Positions 10,105-19,004 of a stretch of DNA of 64,000 nt are shown one piece after another (the stretch's first letter is position 1; every line of letters begins with the position of its first letter). The notes beneath the pieces were generated by a model. That model ran no database searches. It saw only the letters and a program-made list of their open reading frames with translations, and was not told the DNA's origin. Both the position numbers and the translations under genes were made by a program. This DNA is from Zoogloea sp. Lineage in GTDB: Bacteria; Pseudomonadota; Gammaproteobacteria; Burkholderiales; Rhodocyclaceae. Where the stretch lies: contig JADKKC010000007.1 of assembly GCA_016720685.1 (NCBI GenBank), forward strand, positions 15,426 to 79,425, written 5' to 3'.

Positions 10105-10584
10105 TCAGTGGTGATGACCGCCTGCGCCGTGCACGTGTCCATGGCCCACTTCTTCGGCACTGGCAGTGCGCACTTCCTTTACCGTGAGGTCGAAAATCAG
10201 CGCGGTACCGGCCAGGGGATGGTTGCCATCCACGACCACCTTGCCATCGGCAATGTCGGTGATGCGATAGACAATTTCCTCCTCGCCTTCTTCGGCGACG
10301 CGTTCGAAGGACATGCCCACTTCGATGTTGTCCGGGAACATCGAAGCATCTTCCACCAGCACCAACTCTTCGTCGAATTCACCGAAGGCATCTTCGGGAA
10401 GCAGCTTGACCTTGAGGTTGTCACCGACCTTCTTGCCCTGCAGCGCCTCTTCGATCACCGCGAAGATGCCGTCGTAGCCGCCATGCAGATACACCAGCGG
10501 ATGGTGGCCATCATCGATCAGGCTGCCCTCCGGATCCTTGACCGTGTAATCAAGCGTGACGACCGTGTTTTTGGTGATTTCCAT
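10105..10584 (-). CDS. slyD: FKBP-type peptidyl-prolyl cis-trans isomerase SlyD
   Basis: MEITKNTVVTLDYTVKD..., an IF-insert region and a His-rich metal-binding tail (GHGHVHGAGGHHH). Confidence 0.85.
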   Translation of the reverse strand: MEITKNTVVTLDYTVKDPEGSLIDDGHHPLVYLHGGYDGIFAVIEEALQGKKVGDNLKVKLLPEDAFGEFDEELVLVEDASMFPDNIEVGMSFERVAEEGEEEIVYRITDIADGKVVVDGNHPLAGTALIFDLTVKEVRTASAEEVGHGHVHGAGGHHH

Positions 10585-11137
10585 TTACATTCCTTGAGTT
10601 GAGTTGCTTTACCAGCTGAAATACTTCTGCGGCGTGGCCCCGCGGATTCACATCATGCATCACGTGCCGGAGCACACCGTCACGGGAAATGATGAAGGTC
10701 GAGCGGCGCACGCTGCGCTTCGTCACACCCTCCACCTGCCCCGACAGCCACACCCCGAACAGCTTGCACACATCGCCATCTTCGTCGGCGAGCAGCTCGA
10801 CCGACAGGCCGTGCTGATCACGAAACTCGGCGTGAGTCAGGCAATCGTCCGGGCTTATGCCGGCCACAATGCATTTTTCCTTTGCGAAATCGGCATCGTG
10901 ATCGGAAAAATCGATCGCCTGACGGGTGCAGGCGGGGGTGTTGTCACGGGGGTAGAAATACAGGACCACGTGGTGAGAACCCAGCACCGATGCCAGATCG
11001 AACATTTCCATGTCGGCATCGGGCAGGGAAAAGAGCGGGACGGACTGACCCTCGGAAAGGGCCAGCGCTTCGGCGGGGGATTCTAACCGAGCCGCTTTGA
11101 GAACTCTACCCGAAGCGTGTTGGGGGCTGACATGCAT
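10550..11137 (-). CDS. bcp: thioredoxin-dependent peroxiredoxin (Bcp-like)
   Basis: VVLYFYPRDNTPACT peroxidatic-Cys motif. ATG at 11137 (MHVS...) is used; the longer ORF to 11329 has an implausible N-terminus. The 3' end overlaps the slyD start by 35 nt. Confidence 0.78.
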   Translation of the reverse strand: MHVSPQHASGRVLKAARLESPAEALALSEGQSVPLFSLPDADMEMFDLASVLGSHHVVLYFYPRDNTPACTRQAIDFSDHDADFAKEKCIVAGISPDDCLTHAEFRDQHGLSVELLADEDGDVCKLFGVWLSGQVEGVTKRSVRRSTFIISRDGVLRHVMHDVNPRGHAAEVFQLVKQLNSRNVNGNHQKHGRHA

Positions 11138-11400
11138 GAAAAACTCCTCCGCGGGGTGTGGCTCCGAGCTACGAAACCAGACTGATTGGGCTATCACTCG
11201 TACTACGTGTTGTTCTTTTTTTATTTGTGCGCTGCTGCCTGCTTTGCTGCACGCCCCTGCCAGTGCAAAAAAGGGGCGCGCCCTTGAAGAAATAGTCCAC
11301 CGGAGACGGGCTCTCAAGTGTTTTGTCATCCCGACTTGACGTTTGTCACGACGCCCCGACTTCGCGCTGCGACAATCAGCAGCTTGCCAGACTCGATTGA

Positions 11401-11416
11401 CTGTATATAATTACAC
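11401..11416 (+). promoter_or_regulatory. LexA (SOS) box, one mismatch: CTGTATATAATTACAC
   Basis: Fits the CTGT-N8-ACAG pattern with the last base C. It lies 19 nt upstream of the lexA ATG, and an AAGGAG RBS lies between them. Confidence 0.75.
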
Positions 11417-11434
11417 AAGACTAAAGGAGTACTC

Positions 11435-12037
11435 ATGTCCGACCAGCTCACCGCCCGCCAGCAGGAAATCCTGCAACTCATCCGCGACACCGTCGAACAC
11501 GAAGGTCGTCCGCCCACCCGGGCCGAAATCTGTACTTTCTTCGGTTTTCGTTCCCCCAATGCAGCGGAAACCCACCTGCGCGCCCTCGCCGCCAAGGGCG
11601 TCATCACCCTTGAAGAAGGCCGGGCACGGGGCATCCGCCTGATGGAAGCCCTCGGCCTGCCGCTCATCGGCCGGGTTGCCGCCGGCAGCCCCATTCTTGC
11701 CGCCGAACACATGCAGGGCCGCTACCAGGTCGATCCTGGCCTGTTTTCTCCGCGGGCCGATTACCTGCTCAAGGTTCGCGGCCAAAGCATGCGCGACGCC
11801 GGCATCCTCGATGGCGACCTGCTCGCAGTGCATCGCACCACCGAAGTCCGCGACGGCCAGATCGTCGTCGCCCGCGTCGAGGACGACGTCACCGTCAAGC
11901 GCCTGTCGCGCAAGGGCCCCATCGTCGAACTGCTGCCCGCCAACCCCGACTTCAAGCCCATCGTGGTGGACACCCGCAATTCACCACTGGAAATCGAAGG
12001 CCTCGCTGTTGGCCTGATCCGCAGCGAAAGTCTTTGA
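11435..12037 (+). CDS. lexA: LexA repressor
   Basis: 200 aa with an N-terminal winged HTH. Ala-Gly cleavage site (VAAGSP), catalytic Ser (GQSM) and Lys (VKRL). Confidence 0.95.
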   Translation: MSDQLTARQQEILQLIRDTVEHEGRPPTRAEICTFFGFRSPNAAETHLRALAAKGVITLEEGRARGIRLMEALGLPLIGRVAAGSPILAAEHMQGRYQVDPGLFSPRADYLLKVRGQSMRDAGILDGDLLAVHRTTEVRDGQIVVARVEDDVTVKRLSRKGPIVELLPANPDFKPIVVDTRNSPLEIEGLAVGLIRSESL

Positions 12038-12060
12038 GGCCTGTCGAAGAGCACTACCGG

Positions 12061-12096
12061 CTCAAGACTCAACTCAAGGCTCAACTCAAGACTCTA
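12061..12096. repeat. 3 x 12-bp tandem repeat CTCAAG(A/G)CTCAA
   Basis: Read directly in the lexA-imuA spacer: ctcaagactcaa / ctcaaggctcaa / ctcaagactcta. Confidence 0.8.
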
Positions 12097-12134
12097 ATTT
12101 CCACCGCCCCCATTCTGTCCAACCGGGTCATCCC

Positions 12135-12905
12135 ATGGCAGCCCTGGCCACCCTTGCATCCCATGCCCCTTCCAGCCTCGATCACCTGATCTGGCGGGGT
12201 GACCGGCTGGCGACGGCCACTGCCCCCGGTCTGCCCACCGGCCACGCGCTACTCGATGCAGCCCTGCCCGGCGGCGGCTGGCCGGTCGGCGCACTCACCG
12301 AACTGCTCGTTCCCCATGCCGGCGTGGGCGAACTCGGCCTGCTCCTGCCGGTATTGGCCCGGACTCCTGCCGGGCGCTGGGCCGTCTGCATCGCGCCCCC
12401 CGGCCAGCCCTACGCACCAGCCCTGGCCGCCGCCGGCGTACCCCTCGAACGACTGCTCATGGTCCAGGCCGAAAGCCCTGCCCACGCCCGCTGGGCAGCC
12501 CGCCAGGCATTGAACTCGCACAGTTGCGGGGTCATCCTGCTATGGCTTGCCGACGCCGACATGGGCGCCCTGCGCCGCCTGCAACTGGCCGCAGAAGAAA
12601 GCGCCACCACCCTGATCCTGATTCGCCCCGCCAGTGCAGCCTCCCAGCCCTCACCGGCCGTGCTGCGCGTAGCCCTGGCTTCGTGCAGCGGCGGGCTTGA
12701 GCTGCGCATCCTGAAACGCCGCGGGCCGCAACTTGCCGGCCCACTCGGCATCGACCTGCCCTGGCCGGGTGGTGCGCCACGCCCCGGTCGCGCGACACAC
12801 CCGCCACGGCCGACCGCCGCTTCTCCCCAATCGTCCATCCATGCTCTGGTGCGCCCTCTACCTGCCCGACCTGGCCCTGCAAGTCTTCACGCGGGGGCGC
12901 AGTGA
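12135..12905 (+). CDS. imuA: translesion-synthesis cassette protein ImuA (RecA/SulA-like)
   Basis: LIWRGDRL...LPTGHALLDAALPGGGWPVGALTELL... matches the ImuA N-terminal signature. The gene sits between lexA and imuB. The 3' end overlaps imuB by 65 nt. Confidence 0.8.
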   Translation: MAALATLASHAPSSLDHLIWRGDRLATATAPGLPTGHALLDAALPGGGWPVGALTELLVPHAGVGELGLLLPVLARTPAGRWAVCIAPPGQPYAPALAAAGVPLERLLMVQAESPAHARWAARQALNSHSCGVILLWLADADMGALRRLQLAAEESATTLILIRPASAASQPSPAVLRVALASCSGGLELRILKRRGPQLAGPLGIDLPWPGGAPRPGRATHPPRPTAASPQSSIHALVRPLPARPGPASLHAGAQ

Positions 12906-14322
12906 CAGCCCGCCACTGGCCGTCCTCGGCCCCCGGCCGCGCCAACGGGTGGTGGCGGTGGATGCGGCGGCAATGGCGCGCGGCGTGGCGGCAGGGCACA
13001 GCCGCGCCGGTGCTCTGGCTTTAGCGCCTGATCTCTGCCTGATCGAGCGGGATCTCCGCCAGGAGCTCGCCACCCTCACCGATATCGCCAGCTGGGCGGG
13101 TTGTTTTACCCCCTCCATCAGCCTCGATCCACCTGACACCCTGCTGCTCGAAATCGAGGCCAGCCTGCGCCTTTTTGGCGGGCTGGCGCCCCTCTGCGAT
13201 GCCATCCGCGCCGGTCTCGACGAACTCGGCTTCACCGCGCAGCTGGCCGTCGCCCCCACGCCACTGGCAGCCCGCTGGCTGGCCCGCGGCGCCGCAGGCA
13301 GCTTGCTGCAAACCCCGGCCGGGCTGCCTGACGCCCTCGCCCCTTTGCCGCTCGGTCTCCTCGCTCACGAAAACACGGTGGGCGCCGACAGCCTCGAGCT
13401 GCTCGCCGGCATCGGAGCCCGCTGCATGGCAGACGTCCGCCGCCTGCCGCGCAGCGGGCTGGCCCGGCGTCAGGCCGGGGCCGTCATCACGCTGCTCGAC
13501 CGTGCCTATGGAGTGCTTCCCGACCCACGCCCCTGGTTCGTTCCGCCGGAGCACTACAGCAGCCGTCTTCCCCTGCCCGCGCCCAGCGACCAGACGGACA
13601 TCCTGCTGTTCGGCCTGCGCCGCCTCCTCGCCGGACTTTCCGGCTGGCTGGATGCCCGCCAGGCCGGTCTTGAACGCTTCACCCTGGTGCTGGAATTCGA
13701 GCGCCTCGGCAGCATCCACCGTGGCCATGAAGCGGAAAGCCGCATCGAGATCGTCCTCGGCGCCCTCTCCCAGGACATGGCTCGCTTCCAGCTGCTGACC
13801 CGCGAGCACCTGAGCCGCAAGGCGCTACCCGCGCCGGTGGAAGCCCTGCGCCTCGAGGCCGACGCCCCCCGGCCGATGGCGCCGCCGCGCACCGATTTCT
13901 TCGATGTCCAGGCCAGCGAAGACAACGATCCAGGCCTGCTCCTCGCCACCCTGCGCGCCCGCTTGGGCAACGCCGCCGTGCACTGCCTCGCCCCCCATCC
14001 GGATCACCGCCCCGAACACGCCTGGCGCCAGACCGATCCGCAAGCCTCCGCACTGCAGCCCGGCGCGGCGCTGCGCACTGCAGCCTTACCCAGCGCACCG
14101 CGCCCCCTGTGGCTTCTGCCCGAACCCCGCCCGATCGCCTGCCCCGCGCCGCAAAACATCCTCGCCGGCCCCGAGCGCATCGAATCCGGCTGGTGGGACG
14201 GCAACGACGGCGAGATCTGCCGCGACTACTTCGTCGCCAGACGCCAGGATCACAGCCTGGTATGGGTTTTTCGCGACTCGAAAGCGCCCCACGGCTGGTT
14301 TCTGCACGGCTATTTTTCATGA
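12841..14322 (+). CDS. imuB: Y-family polymerase-like protein ImuB
   Basis: Internal ATG at 12841 gives the canonical MLWCALYLPDLALQVF start. 493 aa, followed elsewhere in the window by dnaE2. Confidence 0.85.
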   Translation: MLWCALYLPDLALQVFTRGRSDSPPLAVLGPRPRQRVVAVDAAAMARGVAAGHSRAGALALAPDLCLIERDLRQELATLTDIASWAGCFTPSISLDPPDTLLLEIEASLRLFGGLAPLCDAIRAGLDELGFTAQLAVAPTPLAARWLARGAAGSLLQTPAGLPDALAPLPLGLLAHENTVGADSLELLAGIGARCMADVRRLPRSGLARRQAGAVITLLDRAYGVLPDPRPWFVPPEHYSSRLPLPAPSDQTDILLFGLRRLLAGLSGWLDARQAGLERFTLVLEFERLGSIHRGHEAESRIEIVLGALSQDMARFQLLTREHLSRKALPAPVEALRLEADAPRPMAPPRTDFFDVQASEDNDPGLLLATLRARLGNAAVHCLAPHPDHRPEHAWRQTDPQASALQPGAALRTAALPSAPRPLWLLPEPRPIACPAPQNILAGPERIESGWWDGNDGEICRDYFVARRQDHSLVWVFRDSKAPHGWFLHGYFS

Positions 14323-14347
14323 TGCCGCGCTACACTACGCCCCGCCC

Positions 14348-15718
14348 ATGAAGCCCCAGCCCCACGCCCAATCCCTCTCCCACCGCATCGTCGAACTCGC
14401 CTGGCCGGTACTCATCGCCCAGCTCTCGTCGATGACGCAAATGGTCAGCGACACGGTGCTCGCCGGCCGCTACGGCACGGAAGACCTGGCCGCGGTGGCC
14501 GTCGCCAGCGGCATCTACATTTCAATCGTGATGTTGATGGTCGGCATTCTGCAGGCAGTGGCACCCACCGTTGCCCACCACGTCGGCGCCGGCCGCACCA
14601 ATGAAATCGGCCCGTCCGTGCAGCAGGGTTTCTGGCTGGCCCTGGCCCTCACCGTTCCCGCCGTGCTCTTCATGCGCCAGCCCGACTGGCTGATGCAGCT
14701 CAGCGACATGAGCCCCGCCGTCGAAAACCGTGCCCGCGACTACCTCACCACCGTCGCCTGGGGCCTGCCGGCGGTACTGCTGTACCGCACCTTCTATGCC
14801 TTCACCAACGCCCTCGGGCGTACCCGCGTGCTGATGTTCATCAGCCTTGCGGCCACCGCGGTGCACATCCCCCTTTCGTGGGCCCTGATCAACGGCAAGC
14901 TCGGCTTCGCGCCTCTTGGCGGCACCGGCTGCGCGGTTTCCAGCGCGTGCATCGCCTGGCTGGCCTTTTTTGCCGCGCTGCTGCACGTAAGCCGAACACC
15001 GGCCTACGCGCCCTATCACCTGTTCTCCCGCTGGCAGCCTCCGCATTTCAAAACCCTTGCCGAATTGCTGCGCCTGGGTTTGCCGATGGGTTTTTCCAGC
15101 TTCGTCGAAATCACCGCCTTCACCCTCATCGCTCTGCTGGTGGCCCGGCTGGGCGCCGGCGTGGTGGCCGGACACCGCATCGTCGGCAATCTTTCGGCGC
15201 TGATCTACATGCTGCCGCTGGCCCTGGCCATCGCCACGCTGGTGCTGGTCGGGCAGGCCGTGGGCGGGCGCGACGGCCTGGGCGCCCGGCGTGCGGCCAA
15301 GGTCGGCATCGTGCTCGCCACGGGTTTATCGACGCTGGTCAGCATCGTCATGTGGTTTGCCCGCGATCCGGTCATGGCTGCCTACACTGCCGACCCGGCC
15401 GTGCGCGAGCTGGCCAGCTCGCTGGTGATCTACATCTGCCTGTACCAGTTCTTCGACGCCATCCAGACCGTTGCGGCCCACGCCCTGCGCGGCTACAAGA
15501 TCACCGTCGGGCCGATGCTCATCCACACCCTGTGCTTCTGGGGCATCGGCCTTGGCGGCGGCTACAGGCTGGCCTTTTCCGGAATGGGCGCGCTGCTGCC
15601 GCCGCAGGGCGTGGCCGGCTTCTGGCAGGCTGCGGTGCTCAGCAACATGGCCGCCGCCGCGCTGTTCGGCGGCTACCTGCACCTGGCCTCAAAAAAACAC
15701 GCGGCCAGGCCCGCCTGA
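14348..15718 (+). CDS. MATE family efflux transporter (DinF/NorM-like)
   Basis: ATG at 14348 (MKPQPHAQSLSHRIVELAWPVLIAQLSSM...). 12 predicted TM segments typical of MATE. It starts 26 nt after the imuB stop. The upstream part of ORF 13904..15718 is only an out-of-frame overlap with imuB. Confidence 0.85.
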   Translation: MKPQPHAQSLSHRIVELAWPVLIAQLSSMTQMVSDTVLAGRYGTEDLAAVAVASGIYISIVMLMVGILQAVAPTVAHHVGAGRTNEIGPSVQQGFWLALALTVPAVLFMRQPDWLMQLSDMSPAVENRARDYLTTVAWGLPAVLLYRTFYAFTNALGRTRVLMFISLAATAVHIPLSWALINGKLGFAPLGGTGCAVSSACIAWLAFFAALLHVSRTPAYAPYHLFSRWQPPHFKTLAELLRLGLPMGFSSFVEITAFTLIALLVARLGAGVVAGHRIVGNLSALIYMLPLALAIATLVLVGQAVGGRDGLGARRAAKVGIVLATGLSTLVSIVMWFARDPVMAAYTADPAVRELASSLVIYICLYQFFDAIQTVAAHALRGYKITVGPMLIHTLCFWGIGLGGGYRLAFSGMGALLPPQGVAGFWQAAVLSNMAAAALFGGYLHLASKKHAARPA

Positions 15719-15746
15719 CCAGCACAGCCCGCTCAAGGCACACGCA

Positions 15747-17528
15747 TCAGCCCTTCAGCCAGCCCTCGCGCAAGGCCAGTGCAGGCGCCGGGGCGTCCTC
15801 GGTGAAGCTCAGTCTGGCGGTGTCTTTTGGCGCGGCCTTGAGCTCCACGTCAAAGCGCATCAACTCGTCGCGGCGGAAGACGTGAATTTCCACGCTGTCG
15901 CCGGCAATGCGGCGGGCCAGCAGTTTGTCGAAATTGCCGGCGCCAAGCTTCAGCCCGTCCAGCGCCACCAGCACATCGCCCGCCGACAGCCCGGCCGCCT
16001 GGGCCGGGCCGCCGTCGTAAACGTTGGCCAGCTTCAGCACGTCGCCGTCGGCACTGGTGCGCACGCCCATTCCCGGCGCCTCGCCGGAGGCCTCCCACAC
16101 CAGGGCCATGCCGGCGCGTGCAAGCCCGCTTTCCAGCGGCAATTCGGCGGTTCCCTCGACAAGCTCGCGCAGCCAGCGGCCCACCTCCGCGCCGCCGATT
16201 TCGCTCGCCAGTTGAAAGATGCCGTCCTCCGCCACGCCAGCGCCACTGAGCCCGTGACGCTGCCACAGGGCGCGCATCAGATCGTCGAGGCTGGTGGCGC
16301 CCTTGCTCCCGGCCCGCAGGCGCAGGTCGAGCAGCAGCGCCACCAGCGCGCCCTTGGTGTAATAGCTGACGATGGCGTTGGGGCTGTTCTCGTCCTGGCG
16401 GTAATACTTGGTCCACGCCTCGAAGGATGATTCGGCCACGCTCTGCTTGTGGCGGCCGCTGCCCTTGTGAACCTGGCTGATGGTCTTGCCCAGCAGCGCC
16501 AGGTAATCCTTCTCGGTGATCCGGCCGGTGCGCAGCAGCATCAGGTCATCGTAATAGGACGTAAAGCCCTCGAAGGCCCACAGCAGCCGGGTGTAGTTTT
16601 CCTGCGTCAGGTCGTAGGGCACGAAGGCTGCGGGCTTGATGCGCTTGACGTTCCATGTATGGAAATACTCGTGGCTGCACAGGCCGAGAAACTGGCGATA
16701 GCCCTCCGACTGCGCCTCCATGCCGGCCCAGGGCAGGTCGGCGCGGCTGCACAACAACGCGGTGGACGCCCGGTGCTCCAGGCCACCGTAGCCATCGCCC
16801 ACCGCCATCACCAGAAACACGTAGCGATCCATCGGCGCCGGCTCGCCAAACAGGCGAATCTGCGCTTCGCAGACCGGCTTGAGGTCGTCCACCAGACGCG
16901 TCATGTCGCAATCGTGGCGACCGGTGATCGCCACCGCGTGGGGCACGCCGCAGGCATCGAACTCGGCCAGCGCAAAGTTGCCCATCTCAACCGGATGATC
17001 GATCAGCGCGTCGTAGTTTTGCGCCTGGTACAGCCCGAAACCATAGCGCTCCGCGGCGCCCTTCTCCCCCAGCGCCTCCGGCAGGCTCGTCGCCACGCGC
17101 CAGCCCGCGTCCTCCAGGCCTTCTGGCGGGCGGATGTCCACCCGCTGCGGCGCGTTTTCGTGGCCGTGGGCACACAGGAAAACGCTGGTTCCATTGAAGA
17201 AGCCGTGGGTCGGATCCAGGTGGGCGGTGCGCACCGACAAATCCCACGCGTACACCGTGTAGGTCAGGGTGAGCGGGCCTTCGATACCCGCCGGCAACTG
17301 CCAGCTGTGCTTGTCGCGCTTGGTCACCGGCACGGCCTTGCCACCGGCCCGGGCCGACAGGCTGACGATGTTCTTCGCAAACTCGCGAATCATGTAGCTG
17401 CCGGGAATCCACGCCGGCAGGCTGAACACCTGCCCGGCCGGATCCGGCCGGATCAAGCTCAGCGTCACTTCGAAAAGATGGGCGGCCGGCTGGGTGGCCT
17501 GGATGGTGTAGCGGACGGGAGCGGTCAT
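15747..17528 (-). CDS. M61 family glycyl aminopeptidase with C-terminal PDZ domain
   Basis: 593 aa with a zinc motif (HEYFHTWNVKR). The C-terminal PDZ-like region contains AQAAGLSAGDVLVALDG. Confidence 0.85.
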   Translation of the reverse strand: MTAPVRYTIQATQPAAHLFEVTLSLIRPDPAGQVFSLPAWIPGSYMIREFAKNIVSLSARAGGKAVPVTKRDKHSWQLPAGIEGPLTLTYTVYAWDLSVRTAHLDPTHGFFNGTSVFLCAHGHENAPQRVDIRPPEGLEDAGWRVATSLPEALGEKGAAERYGFGLYQAQNYDALIDHPVEMGNFALAEFDACGVPHAVAITGRHDCDMTRLVDDLKPVCEAQIRLFGEPAPMDRYVFLVMAVGDGYGGLEHRASTALLCSRADLPWAGMEAQSEGYRQFLGLCSHEYFHTWNVKRIKPAAFVPYDLTQENYTRLLWAFEGFTSYYDDLMLLRTGRITEKDYLALLGKTISQVHKGSGRHKQSVAESSFEAWTKYYRQDENSPNAIVSYYTKGALVALLLDLRLRAGSKGATSLDDLMRALWQRHGLSGAGVAEDGIFQLASEIGGAEVGRWLRELVEGTAELPLESGLARAGMALVWEASGEAPGMGVRTSADGDVLKLANVYDGGPAQAAGLSAGDVLVALDGLKLGAGNFDKLLARRIAGDSVEIHVFRRDELMRFDVELKAAPKDTARLSFTEDAPAPALALREGWLKG

Positions 17529-17648
17529 CAGGGCGGCGCGGGCAAATTGAAGAAGGCGCCGATTTTACTGCGCCGCCCAAAACACGGCCTGCCTCATTTT
17601 TAGGCAACAATAAAAAAGCCTTATGGCTTAGGGCCTTGTCGGCCAATC

Positions 17649-17960
17649 TCACAGTTTTTCCACACCTTTGCCCACCTGCGATGGGGAAAACTCGGACATT
17701 TCAACAGCTCAAAAAACCTGCACCATTTTGAGGCATCAATATTAATCTCTTTAATTTCATAAGCCTGAGAGCTTTCCACACAGCTTATCCACAGCTTATC
17801 CCCGGTTTTGTGTGCATAGACAAAAACTATTCAAAACCTCAAAACAACAACGTTGCTCTATTTTTAGGCAGCCGGAAAAAACCCTTTTGTTTCCGCGGCA
17901 TGACAGTGCCCCTCACAGTTTATCCACAGCCTTGCCCACCCTGAATGTGGGTTATCCAGG
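17649..17960 (+). promoter_or_regulatory. cluster of same-orientation DnaA boxes in an AT-rich intergenic region
   Basis: Perfect TTATCCACA at 17785..17793 and 17920..17928. Near-matches are TTTTCCACA 17656..17664, CTTTCCACA 17772..17780, TTATCCCCG 17796..17804 and TTATCCAGG 17952..17960. Two ~30-nt repeat modules (17649..17678 and 17913..17943) each carry one box. Confidence 0.6.
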
Positions 17961-17969
17961 GCCTGTGAA

Positions 17970-18896
17970 TCATGGAATGAAAGGCAGTTCTATCAGGTCG
18001 CTGCGCGCCACGCCGGCGGTCATCTTGCGGCACAGGGCGACGAACTCGCGCATGCCGGCCGTCACGTACTTGCGTCGGTGGGTCACAAACTGAAACTGGC
18101 GCCGCAGATCCAGATCCGGCGTGTGCACCTCGGCCAGGCTGCCCCGCCGAAAAGCCTCGCGCAGGGCAAGCCGCGAGATGCAGCCAATGCCAAGGCCGCT
18201 CTCCACCGCGCGCTTGATCGCCTCGGTGTGCTCCAGCTCGAGGCGTACCTTGAGATTGCCAGTGAAGTGGCGCAGGGCCTGATCGAAGGTTTCCCGCGTG
18301 CCTGAGCCCTGCTCGCGCAGGATCCAGTCCTGGCCGGCCAGCTCAAGCATGCTCACCGGCCTGCCGTGGGCCAGCGGGTGAGCCGGCGCGCAAAACACCA
18401 CCAGTTCGTCCTCGACCCACGGCTCGACGACCAGGTCCGGGTGACGGCAACTGCCTTCGATCAGCCCCAGGTCCAGCTCGTAATGAGTGAGCTGCTGGAC
18501 GATGGTGGCGGAATTGTGAACCGAAAGCCTCACTTGCGCGCTCGGATGAAGGCGCAGGAAATCGGCCGCAATCAGGGTGGCCAGATAGTTGCCCACGGTA
18601 AGGGTGGCGCCGATTTTCAGCGGGCCGAAGTCGGTCTTTCTGGCCAGCAGGGTCTCGATTTCACTGGCGTGCTCGATCAACTGCACCGCGTGGGGCTGCA
18701 AGACCTGCCCTAGTTCATTCAGGCGCAACGTCTTGCCGATGCGGTCGAAAAGCTGGGTGTCGAACTGGCGTTCGAGTTCGCCCAACGCCGTGCTGGTGGC
18801 CGACTGCGACAGGGCCAGCTCATCGGCGGCCCGCGAAACGCTCTCATGACGGGCCACGGCCACAAAGATTTCAAGCTGACGAAGGGTGTATTTCAT
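17970..18896 (-). CDS. LysR family transcriptional regulator (FinR-like, divergent from fpr)
   Basis: MKYTLRQLEIFVAVARHESVSRAADELALSQSATS HTH domain followed by a LysR substrate-binding domain. It is divergent from a ferredoxin-NADP reductase gene. Confidence 0.9.
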   Translation of the reverse strand: MKYTLRQLEIFVAVARHESVSRAADELALSQSATSTALGELERQFDTQLFDRIGKTLRLNELGQVLQPHAVQLIEHASEIETLLARKTDFGPLKIGATLTVGNYLATLIAADFLRLHPSAQVRLSVHNSATIVQQLTHYELDLGLIEGSCRHPDLVVEPWVEDELVVFCAPAHPLAHGRPVSMLELAGQDWILREQGSGTRETFDQALRHFTGNLKVRLELEHTEAIKRAVESGLGIGCISRLALREAFRRGSLAEVHTPDLDLRRQFQFVTHRRKYVTAGMREFVALCRKMTAGVARSDLIELPFIP

Positions 18897-18921
18897 AGGT
18901 GCGTATATCTAAAAAACAGAA

Positions 18922-18935
18922 TATTGATATCAATA
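18922..18935. promoter_or_regulatory. perfect 14-bp palindrome TATTGATATCAATA in the LysR/fpr divergent promoter region
   Basis: Read directly. It lies 26 nt upstream of the LysR-gene start and 70 nt upstream of fpr, so it is a candidate LysR operator. Confidence 0.5.
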
Positions 18936-19004
18936 CAATCCATTTTACAGATTTACTCTGCTCGCTAGAATTGCTGCAACACAACAAACGATACAGGCGC
19001 AGCC

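Noticed and set aside
13904-14347. Long N-terminal extension of the MATE ORF (604 aa). The same applies to dnaQ (to 3326), MOSC (to 31815), bcp (to 11329), cusB (from 40684) and S8 (from 31885).
   Set aside because: The extensions overlap upstream genes out of frame, are compositionally aberrant, and internal starts give canonical N-termini.
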